The position numbers were made by a program, and so were the translations under genes. A stretch of 51,544 nucleotides of DNA, filler included, from Actinobacteria bacterium UBA7524 (GTDB taxonomy: Bacteria; Actinomycetota; Coriobacteriia; Anaerosomatales; UBA912): assembly GCA_002478275.1 (NCBI GenBank). It is 5 parts of 5 records of this genome, joined end to end, with 100 filler letters (N's around TTAATTAATTAA, not from the genome) between each part and the next. Parts side by side here need not be neighbours in the genome. Positions count along the whole stretch, not along the records: positions 15,967 to 29,971 come from DLMY01000001.1; 4 more parts are not named here. One strand, 5' to 3'. Positions within the stretch are counted from its first letter, which is position 1; each line of letters begins with the position of its first letter. Below are positions 16,596-24,501 of the stretch, one piece after another. Under the pieces are notes generated by a model. It was not told the DNA's origin and did not search any database. It saw nothing but the letters and a program-made list of their open reading frames with translations.

Positions 16596-17597
16596 GTGGA
16601 GCTTCAATACCTGCTAGGACCTCTTTGCGCTGCGCTGTGTTGTCTGGGCGTTTCTGGGAGGGTTCATCTGATGTACTCACGTGCCATCGCGCTTGCCGAA
16701 GTCTGCAGCGAGGAGCACCCGGAGCTGAGCGACCGTCTTTCTGTAGCCGTGAGCATCTGGGCCGAACAACGTAGCATCAGAATCGACCCCGTCGAGGTGA
16801 ACTGCGACCCGGAGCTGATCCGGCAGGCGCTCGCCGAGGGCTACCATCTCTTACAGACCGCGAACTTCCGTGTTCCTGCCGAGGAGTTCGAGTACGTACT
16901 CAAACGTATGGTTCTGCGCCTCGGCGAGTGTCGAGCGCTGAGTGCGGACGTGCGCCTTGAACTGTTCGACCTGGCGGTGTCCCTCGAGGTCGGTCGTGAC
17001 ATGGTCGACCTCGCGATCGAGCGCTCGCGCGAATGCAGGATCGTCGACATGGAGCGCCTGGGCGCGAGTCCCGGAGGGGCGCTGAGCCCGGAGATGGTCG
17101 CCTTCGTGTTGGATTCGGCCGCGGTGCCATTCAGGGAGGGGTTCGCGCTTGGAGTTGCCGGGGCGCTGGCAGGATCGTGGGACTCGTGGAGCGACCATCG
17201 TTGTCCGGTCTGTCTGAGCGAAGCCTCGCTAGCACGCGTCGTCAGGACAGATGACGGGGTCACCACCGGGCTGCTGCTGTTCTGCGCTGGCTGTCACACG
17301 GAGTGGGAGTACGAGGAATCTCGGTGTGCCCGGTGTGGAAGTCCCGAACACCGGGGACTGCGCCGCTTGTCGGTCGGCAACGAGTCGGCCCGGCAGCTGC
17401 AGATCTGCGATGCGTGCCTATCCAGCCTACTCGTTGTCGACGAGGGTGAACTGGACGGACCCACCTCTCCCCTGTTCGAGAGCGTTGTGGCAGATTCGCT
17501 TGTTGAGCTGGCCGAACGCTGCGGCTACGAGGGTACACGTCGTATCCCGATGCCCCACGTGCAACCGAGATGTCACACTTTGACTGCGATGCGCTAG
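16596..17597 (+). CDS. FdhE-like accessory protein (divergent)
   Basis: W....CPVC, LFCAGCHTEW....RCARCG, ICDACLS, and a C-terminal L..LAE..GY pattern typical of FdhE; start uncertain. Confidence 0.7.
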   Translation: MELQYLLGPLCAALCCLGVSGRVHLMYSRAIALAEVCSEEHPELSDRLSVAVSIWAEQRSIRIDPVEVNCDPELIRQALAEGYHLLQTANFRVPAEEFEYVLKRMVLRLGECRALSADVRLELFDLAVSLEVGRDMVDLAIERSRECRIVDMERLGASPGGALSPEMVAFVLDSAAVPFREGFALGVAGALAGSWDSWSDHRCPVCLSEASLARVVRTDDGVTTGLLLFCAGCHTEWEYEESRCARCGSPEHRGLRRLSVGNESARQLQICDACLSSLLVVDEGELDGPTSPLFESVVADSLVELAERCGYEGTRRIPMPHVQPRCHTLTAMR

Positions 17598-17647
17598 AAT
17601 ATCCCCCTACCGAACTACCGGGCAATAACGTCTGAAAGGGGTAGAGC

Positions 17648-18841
17648 ATGCAGTTCGAGCGGATTCGCAGGATCCTCGCTCTCGGACTCGTCCTCGTACT
17701 CGCGCTGAGCACCTTCGGTCTCGGCGGTTGTACGCAGGACACCGACGACGGGGCAGACGACGGGGCGACCGGCACCACGGAGACCATCAAGATCGGCGTG
17801 CACACGTCGCTCACCGGAGGCCTGGCCGACTACGGCTTCGCTGCTTCCGAGGCGCTGAAGATCGCCGCCGAGGACTTCACCGGCTTCGAGGTCGACGGCA
17901 CCACCTACGAGATCGAGCTCGTCATCAAAGACGACAAGGGCGAGCCTGCTGAGGCTCCTATCGTCGCCCAGCAGCTCGTGGACGAGGGTGTTGTGGCCGT
18001 CATCGGTACGCTGACCTCTGGCGCGGCCAATGCGGCGCTGCCGATCTACCAGACCGCCGGTATCCCGATGATCTCGGGTTCGGCGACGCGTCCCGACCTC
18101 ACCGAGCTTGGCTTTGAGAACTTCTTCCGCACCTGTCTGCGTGACGACCTGCAGGGCGCGGCCATCGGCGAGTGGGCCCTTGAGCTCGAAGCTGCCAAGG
18201 TCGTCGTCATGGATGACCGTGGCGACTACGCCGTGGCGCTCGGCAACGAGGTTCAGGCGACCGTCGAGGCTGGTGGCGCGGAAGTGCTTCGCCAGGAGGG
18301 CCAGGAGGGCGACCAGGACTTCTCCGCCCAGGTCGCCAACATCATGGGCTTCGATCCTGACGTCGTGATCTTCACCGGTTACCACCGTGAGGCGGGTCTG
18401 CTGTTCAAGCAGCTGCGCGAGGCTGGTTCGGACGCCCAGTTCATGGGTGGCGACGGCATCAAGTCCAACGAGATCGCACAGGGCGCCGGTGGCGCGGCTA
18501 ACGTCGAAGGCGCGTTCTGCACATTCGGTGGCTTCGCCCAGGAGGGCATGCCCGGATACGCTGACTTCGCCGCCAAGTTCCTTGAGGTGACCGGCGTTGA
18601 GGCTGGCCCGTACGCAGAGAACAACTACGACGCCCTCGGCGCCGTGGTCGAGGCCATCAAGGCCTCTGGTTCGACGGTGGGCGCCGACATCATCGAGGCG
18701 CTTCACGACGTGACCTACGAGGGTGTACAGGGCACGCTGCAGTTCGACGAGAACGGTGACGTCACCGTTCCCGGTGGCGGTGGAACCGACCTGATCCCGC
18801 GCTTCGAGTTCAAGGGCGAGGCCTGGGAGTTCCTCGGCTAG
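17648..18841 (+). CDS. livK: branched-chain amino acid ABC transporter substrate-binding lipoprotein
   Basis: Lipobox LGGC, IKIGV..SLTGGLADYG, DDKGEP, AT.PDLT, FRTC.RDD.QG. Confidence 0.9.
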   Translation: MQFERIRRILALGLVLVLALSTFGLGGCTQDTDDGADDGATGTTETIKIGVHTSLTGGLADYGFAASEALKIAAEDFTGFEVDGTTYEIELVIKDDKGEPAEAPIVAQQLVDEGVVAVIGTLTSGAANAALPIYQTAGIPMISGSATRPDLTELGFENFFRTCLRDDLQGAAIGEWALELEAAKVVVMDDRGDYAVALGNEVQATVEAGGAEVLRQEGQEGDQDFSAQVANIMGFDPDVVIFTGYHREAGLLFKQLREAGSDAQFMGGDGIKSNEIAQGAGGAANVEGAFCTFGGFAQEGMPGYADFAAKFLEVTGVEAGPYAENNYDALGAVVEAIKASGSTVGADIIEALHDVTYEGVQGTLQFDENGDVTVPGGGGTDLIPRFEFKGEAWEFLG

Positions 18842-18875
18842 TCTTGGCAGTACTGCTATGAGGTAGAACACAGGG

Positions 18876-18903
18876 GGGCCGGACACGATGTCCGGCCCTT
18901 TCT
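18876..18903 (+). terminator. intrinsic terminator or mRNA-stabilising hairpin after livK
   Basis: GGGCCGGACA-cga-TGTCCGGCCC-TTTCT. Confidence 0.7.
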
Positions 18904-18995
18904 GTGCCCGGCTTCTGGTACAGTGTGTGCGCTGGAGCTGACTCCTAGGTGTGTTAAGGCTACTCTTGTACGCGCGTCGACACGGGAAGGGTCGC

Positions 18996-20216
18996 ATGTC
19001 ACCGGAACACATATTCAGTCTGACCATCTCGGGTATCACGGTAGGGATGATCTACGCGCTGATCGCGCTCGGGTACACGATGGTCTACGGCGTCCTGCAG
19101 CTGATCAACTTCGCCCACGGCGAGGTCTTCACTGTCGGCGGATATATCGCAGCGAGCACGCTGATCTGGGCCGGAGTGGACGGCACTACGCCCCTCGCCG
19201 TGAAGATCGGCTACTTCGGGCTGGCGTTGCTGGTCTCGCTTGTGCTCACGGCTGCGCTGGGCTGGCTGATCGAACGCCTGGCCTACCGCCCGCTGCGCCA
19301 GCAGTCGCGCATCATCGCCCTGCTCGCCGCGATCGGTACATCGATCTTCTTGCAGAACATGCTGGTCATAGTTTTCGGCCCCCAGCCGATCATCATGCCT
19401 ACCGCCATCGTGCCCACCGGCTTCGTCGAGGTCTTCGGCGCCCGCATCCGTGTGCTGCAGGTCATCATCATCGTGGTCTCGCTCGTGCTCATGGCTCTGC
19501 TCACGTGGATCGTGAAGGGCACGAGGATGGGCAAGGCGATGCGGGCCACCTCGCAGGACCGTGAAGCCGCCGAGATGATGGGAATCGAGACCAACCTGAC
19601 GATCTCCTTCACGTTCGTGATGGGTTCGTCCCTGGCCGCTATCGGCGGGTTCCTGGTCGCGATGTACTACGGCTCGCTGCAGTTCAACACCGGTTTCCTC
19701 TACGGCCTCAAGGCGTTCACCGCTGCCGTGCTAGGAGGTATCGGCAACATCCCCGGCGCAGTCGTCGGCTCGCTGATCCTGGGCCTGGCCGAGAACTGGG
19801 GTGTAGGTCTGACACTGGAGCTGCTCGCGTGGCTGTTCGTCCTCGGCGTGCTTGTGGGGCTGTACTTCCAACTGGTAAGGGCTCCTCGGCGTAGAGTCGC
19901 GCATATCGCCGAGGAATTCCGGACACCGGAGTACGAGAGCCGCGTGCGTAACGTCTACCTGTTCGCGCCGGTGCTTGCGGTCAAGACGCTGTTCTCCGAG
20001 CGGACCGACGCGCTCGTGTACGTCTCGGCCCAGCATGCGGTGCGGTTGATGCTCGGTAACGCTATCCTCGCCGCTGTCGCGATCGCGTTCTTCATGGCCG
20101 GCGACATCCAGTTCTCGTCGAAGTGGCAGCACGTGATCTCGTTCGTGGTGCTCATGGCGATCCTCATGTTCAGGCCCTCGGGGATCTTGGGCGAGAACAT
20201 AGTGGAGAAGGTGTAG
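18996..20216 (+). CDS. livH: branched-chain amino acid ABC transporter permease with a ~100-aa insertion
   Basis: YALIALGYTMVYGVLQLINFAHGE, GKAMRA, KAFTAAVLGGIGNIPGA, FRPSGILG. Confidence 0.9.
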   Translation: MSPEHIFSLTISGITVGMIYALIALGYTMVYGVLQLINFAHGEVFTVGGYIAASTLIWAGVDGTTPLAVKIGYFGLALLVSLVLTAALGWLIERLAYRPLRQQSRIIALLAAIGTSIFLQNMLVIVFGPQPIIMPTAIVPTGFVEVFGARIRVLQVIIIVVSLVLMALLTWIVKGTRMGKAMRATSQDREAAEMMGIETNLTISFTFVMGSSLAAIGGFLVAMYYGSLQFNTGFLYGLKAFTAAVLGGIGNIPGAVVGSLILGLAENWGVGLTLELLAWLFVLGVLVGLYFQLVRAPRRRVAHIAEEFRTPEYESRVRNVYLFAPVLAVKTLFSERTDALVYVSAQHAVRLMLGNAILAAVAIAFFMAGDIQFSSKWQHVISFVVLMAILMFRPSGILGENIVEKV

Positions 20217-20218
20217 CC

Positions 20219-21361
20219 ATGGCCGAGATGACTGCAAGGGTCTCCGGGTTCTTCGGCAGGATGCCGCGCTGGGTCTACGTTGTGATCGCGCTCGCGTTGG
20301 CGATTGCGTTCCCGCTGCTCGAGCAGTTCGGGTTGATGCAGACGCTGTGGTTGCGCCTCGGGACCAGAGTGCTCGTGTATGTGCTGCTCGCCGTCGGGCT
20401 GAACCTGGTGCTTGGTGAGACGGGTCTGCTGCACCTGGGATATGTGGCGTTCTTCGCGGTCGGCGCGTACACGACCGCTATCCTCTCTTCGCCGCGATTC
20501 GGGATCCAGTGGAACTTCTGGGTGATCGTGGCGCTTGCGATGGGGCTCTCGATGCTGTTCGGCTTCCTGATCGCGGTGCCGACGTTACGGTTACGCGGGG
20601 ACTATCTCGCCATCGTCACGCTTGCGTTCGGCGAGATAACGCGCATGACGCTCAACAACTGGGAGACGCTCACCAACGGCCCCGGCGGCATTCCGGGCAT
20701 ATACCCGCCGAACATCTTCGGCTGGACGGTGGACTCGCCGCTCGAGTTCTTCTACGTGCTACTGGTCGCGGTCGTGATCGTGATCTACCTGCTTGGCAAC
20801 GTGAAGGACTCACGTATCGGACGCGCCTGGAACGCACTGCGCGAGGACGAGATCGCCGCACATCACTCGGGAGTCCGTCCGATGCGCGCCAAGATGCTCG
20901 CGGTCGTGATGAGCTCGGGGATCGCGGGACTGGCGGGCGCGATATTCGCCTACTACCAGCAGTTCATCAACCCGACGTACTTCCTGTTCATGCAGTCGAC
21001 GATAGTCGTGTGCATGGTCGTGCTCGGCGGCATGGGTTCCATTCCCGGTGCTGTGCTGGGCGCGGTGGTACTCGACGCCACCCCGGAGGTCATCCGCCAG
21101 GCGTTCACCACGTGGCTGCCCGGTGCCTTCGGCAGAGACTTCCTTCCCGGCGTCCAGAGTGCGCTGCAGACCGACTTCGACCGCTACCGCATGGCGATCT
21201 TCGGGCTCGTGATCGTGCTCATGGTCATCTTCCGGCCGGAAGGACTGTTGCCCAACAAACTGTGGAAGCGCGAGGTGCATGAAGAAGACCCGCGTGAACT
21301 CGAGAAGACCCACCAGCACCTCTTCGATTTCGAAGAGGGCAAACAGGACCTGGAGGTGTAG
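20219..21361 (+). CDS. livM: branched-chain amino acid ABC transporter permease
   Basis: GLNLVLG.TGLLHLGY.AFFAVGAY, LRLRGDYLAIVTLAFGEI, GRAW.ALREDE. Confidence 0.92.
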   Translation: MAEMTARVSGFFGRMPRWVYVVIALALAIAFPLLEQFGLMQTLWLRLGTRVLVYVLLAVGLNLVLGETGLLHLGYVAFFAVGAYTTAILSSPRFGIQWNFWVIVALAMGLSMLFGFLIAVPTLRLRGDYLAIVTLAFGEITRMTLNNWETLTNGPGGIPGIYPPNIFGWTVDSPLEFFYVLLVAVVIVIYLLGNVKDSRIGRAWNALREDEIAAHHSGVRPMRAKMLAVVMSSGIAGLAGAIFAYYQQFINPTYFLFMQSTIVVCMVVLGGMGSIPGAVLGAVVLDATPEVIRQAFTTWLPGAFGRDFLPGVQSALQTDFDRYRMAIFGLVIVLMVIFRPEGLLPNKLWKREVHEEDPRELEKTHQHLFDFEEGKQDLEV

Positions 21362-21364
21362 CGG

Positions 21365-22156
21365 ATGCCTGACGTCATTCTGGAGGTCCGTTCCGCCACC
21401 AAGTCCTTCGGCGGACTCAAGGCGGTCAACAACCTTTCGTTCGACATCTACGAGGGGGAGATACTGTCTCTCCTCGGCCCGAACGGAAGCGGGAAGACCA
21501 CCACGTTCAACATCATCACGGGACTCTACGAGCCCGATTCGGGCGACATCCTGATGCAGGGCGAGTCGATCGCAGGACTCGATCCCGGCCAGATCTACGC
21601 GCGGGGGATATCGCGCACCTTCCAGATGCTGCGGCTGTTCTCGAACATGTCCGTGCTTGAGAACGTTCTGGTGGGGATGCACGGGCGTACCAAAGCCAAC
21701 GTGCTGGACTGCATGTTCCGCACGCCGAAGATGCGGCGCGAAGAGGTGCAGTCCGTCGAGCGGGCACGCGAGATCCTTGCGATGTTCCCCGGGCGCTTCC
21801 CGCTTGCCCGGCACATGCAGCCTGCGGCTTCGCTTTCCTACGCGAACCGCAGGCGGCTCGAGATAGCACGGGCGCTCGCTGGCGAGCCCAAGCTCCTGCT
21901 GCTCGACGAGCCGGTCGCGGGGATGAACCCGGCCGAGTCGCTCGAGGTGATGCAGCAGATCAAGGACCTGCGCGACCGCGGCTACACGATCCTGATGATC
22001 GAGCACGATATGAAGGTCATCATGGGCGCGTCGGACCGCGTCATCGCAATGGACCACGGAGTGAAGATCGCCGAAGGCGCGCCGCTCGATGTAGCGAACG
22101 ATCCGGCTGTTGTGGAGGCTTATCTTGGCAGAAGAGGCGCGGACGCCGCTTCTTGA
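21365..22156 (+). CDS. livG: branched-chain amino acid ABC transporter ATP-binding protein
   Basis: FGGLKAV, GPNGSGKTT, LLLDEP.AG, IEHDM, V.EAYLG. Confidence 0.93.
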   Translation: MPDVILEVRSATKSFGGLKAVNNLSFDIYEGEILSLLGPNGSGKTTTFNIITGLYEPDSGDILMQGESIAGLDPGQIYARGISRTFQMLRLFSNMSVLENVLVGMHGRTKANVLDCMFRTPKMRREEVQSVERAREILAMFPGRFPLARHMQPAASLSYANRRRLEIARALAGEPKLLLLDEPVAGMNPAESLEVMQQIKDLRDRGYTILMIEHDMKVIMGASDRVIAMDHGVKIAEGAPLDVANDPAVVEAYLGRRGADAAS

Positions 22157-22853
22157 GTTCCGGGGCGTGAACACGCACTACGGCCGCATCCCGGTGCTCA
22201 AGGACGTCGAATACAAGGTCTACCCGGGCGAGATCGTCTGCTTGCTGGGCGGGAACGCCTCGGGCAAGTCGACGACGATGAAGACCATCCTCGGTATCGT
22301 GAAGCCCACGACCGGCGAAGTCCTCTTCGACGGGCAGGTCATCAACAACGTCCGCACCGCCGAGCGCATCAAGCGCGGGATCGCCACGGTGCCCGAGAAC
22401 AGGCGCCTGTTCCCTCACCTGACCGTGCTCGAGAACCTCGAGATGGGTGCGTACACGCGCCGGGACAGCGAGCAGATCGCGGCCGATCTGGAGCGCGTGT
22501 TCGAGATCTACCCGCGCGTCTACGAGCGCCGTTCGCAGCGCGCGGGGACGCTTTCCGGTGGAGAGCAGCAGATGGTGGCGTTCGGCCGTGCGCTCATGAG
22601 CAGCCCGCGCCTGATCATCATGGACGAGCCGTCCATGGGCCTGGCGCCTGCGCTCGTCGACCAGTCGTTCGACACCATCGCCGAGATCAACAAGCAGGGT
22701 GTGGCGATCTTCGTGGTCGAGCAGAACGCCACCGCCGCACTCTCCATCGCGGACCGTGGCTACGTGTTGCAGAACGGTCGAGTCGTCATGCACGGCGAGG
22801 CGAGCGAGTTGCTCGAGAACGAGGAGCTCAAGAGGGCCTATCTGGGAGGCTGA
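22125..22853 (+). CDS. livF: branched-chain amino acid ABC transporter ATP-binding protein
   Basis: GGNASGKST, LSGGEQQM, DEPSMGLAP, VEQN; TTG start after GGAGG. Confidence 0.93.
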   Translation: MAEEARTPLLEFRGVNTHYGRIPVLKDVEYKVYPGEIVCLLGGNASGKSTTMKTILGIVKPTTGEVLFDGQVINNVRTAERIKRGIATVPENRRLFPHLTVLENLEMGAYTRRDSEQIAADLERVFEIYPRVYERRSQRAGTLSGGEQQMVAFGRALMSSPRLIIMDEPSMGLAPALVDQSFDTIAEINKQGVAIFVVEQNATAALSIADRGYVLQNGRVVMHGEASELLENEELKRAYLGG

Positions 22854-23926
22854 GAGGGCCGCTGCCCTCTGACGTACCTGCCGAGGAGCCCGGGGTCCGA
22901 CCACGGGACATCGGCTAGCGCACCAGGTGTGGTTGCCCACTTCAGGATGCCCGGGACGGAACCGTGACGTGTCCTCATACGTTGCAGCTCCTGCGGGAAC
23001 AGCACCGCCAGGCGCGAGCGGCTGGAGACCCTCTCGACTACGGGGCGCCCTTCGAGTAGCTGGGCCAGCGCCGTTGCCATATCGGCGTCCGCGTGTCTCC
23101 CGGCGTGCAGTTGGGGTACCGGCCTCAGGTTGATCTCGAGCACGACCGGCTCGGTCTCAGCACCAGTCGAGATCCAGTCGAAACTCACGAAGCCGTGGAA
23201 CTCGAACGCTTCGCCCGCCTTGCGGGCGATCTTGAGAAGCCGCCGGTCGAGCGGCATGAGTCGGTTCACCGTGGAGAAGCCGAGCGGACCGAAGGTCCGC
23301 TCCTTCGTGGCCGAGAAGGCGGCACAGAGAGCTCCGCGCTCGTACAGGCACGGCATCATGCCAAGCAGCCCTACTATGTAGTGCTCCACAAGAACCGGTG
23401 TGCCGAGTTCGCATGCAACTTCTGCAGCCTGAGTCGCGCCCTCGACAACGCGCACCGCGTCTCCGGCTTGACCGTGGCGGCCTTTGAGTACCAGCTTGCC
23501 ACCGAGATCCTCCGCGTACCCTCTTGCCTCCGATATGGTGTGCGACACGCGCCAATCCGGCACTCGCAGATCGGCCGCCTCGGCCAGACCCGGGAACACC
23601 GTCTTGTCCATGAGCCCTGCCACCAGGTCGGCTCTCGCTGGGAGCAGGTCACGGGCGCGAGGGTCTCCGGATCTGGCCACCGCCATCAAGACCCGCTCGT
23701 CGCACAGGATGACGCGGTCGTATGCGCCTGCCAGCTCCAGGGCCGCCTTCGCGATGTCCGCAGCGCCCTCTCGGACGATGTGGTGCTGGCGGATCGCGGA
23801 AGAGTACGAGGCCAGCGTGTCTCCCCCGTCGAGTAGGTCGACTTCGATTCCGGCGCGCGTCAACGTGGACGGCAGCCGCGCGGTGCCGACCCAGTCATGC
23901 GAAGCTGCAATGAGCACGCGTGGCAT
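22838..23926 (-). CDS. ATP-grasp domain protein
   Basis: MDK..F...A, LVLKGRHGQAG.AV, LVEHYI, FHGFVSFD, VLEINLR. Confidence 0.75.
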   Translation of the reverse strand: MPRVLIAASHDWVGTARLPSTLTRAGIEVDLLDGGDTLASYSSAIRQHHIVREGAADIAKAALELAGAYDRVILCDERVLMAVARSGDPRARDLLPARADLVAGLMDKTVFPGLAEAADLRVPDWRVSHTISEARGYAEDLGGKLVLKGRHGQAGDAVRVVEGATQAAEVACELGTPVLVEHYIVGLLGMMPCLYERGALCAAFSATKERTFGPLGFSTVNRLMPLDRRLLKIARKAGEAFEFHGFVSFDWISTGAETEPVVLEINLRPVPQLHAGRHADADMATALAQLLEGRPVVERVSSRSRLAVLFPQELQRMRTRHGSVPGILKWATTPGALADVPWSDPGLLGRYVRGQRPSQPPR

Positions 23927-24109
23927 CTCGAGCCTTTCGTGCACGTGGGACGTTTGCACAGGATACCGCGCCGCTCTTCTGTCGTGCGATAGCGATTGGC
24001 CGAGACCGTGTCACTCGGTCATGATAGAGTCTGTGCTCGATGCTGTCTGACCCGGACCAGAGCCGGGCCGGTCATACGTCACGAACCGAGCATCCAGGGA
24101 AGGGGAACG

Positions 24110-24448
24110 GTGAGAACGTCGCTCGCGCTGGTCAGAGGGATCGTCGATGTGGCATTCGGGCCCGAAGGCGTCGAGTGGTCTGCGATGCGACTCGCCGATG
24201 ACTCCTACCAGATCACGCTGCGCGTCGAGACGCCGGCCGGACCGTATCTCCATCCGGGCGCGTCGGCGGCGTACGTCTTGCGTGGCGAGGACATGTCCGC
24301 CGAGGAGAACGCGTCTTTGCAGGGATTCGTGGGCGACGTGATCGAGCAGTTGGCGTCCCAGGCCAGCGATCCGGAGCAGTTCACTACTGCGGTGCGCGAC
24401 AGGCTGGTGCAGGCGATCCACCTCATGCCAGCCGATGAGATCGGGTGA
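24110..24448 (+). CDS. hypothetical protein
   Basis: GTG start after GGAAGGGG; fills the gap between two minus-strand genes; no recognisable motif. Confidence 0.55.
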   Translation: MRTSLALVRGIVDVAFGPEGVEWSAMRLADDSYQITLRVETPAGPYLHPGASAAYVLRGEDMSAEENASLQGFVGDVIEQLASQASDPEQFTTAVRDRLVQAIHLMPADEIG

Positions 24449-24501
24449 TCTGCCAGCCGGACAGTCAGGCTGCATCGGGGGGCCCTTGTCCCGATCGCCA
24501 C

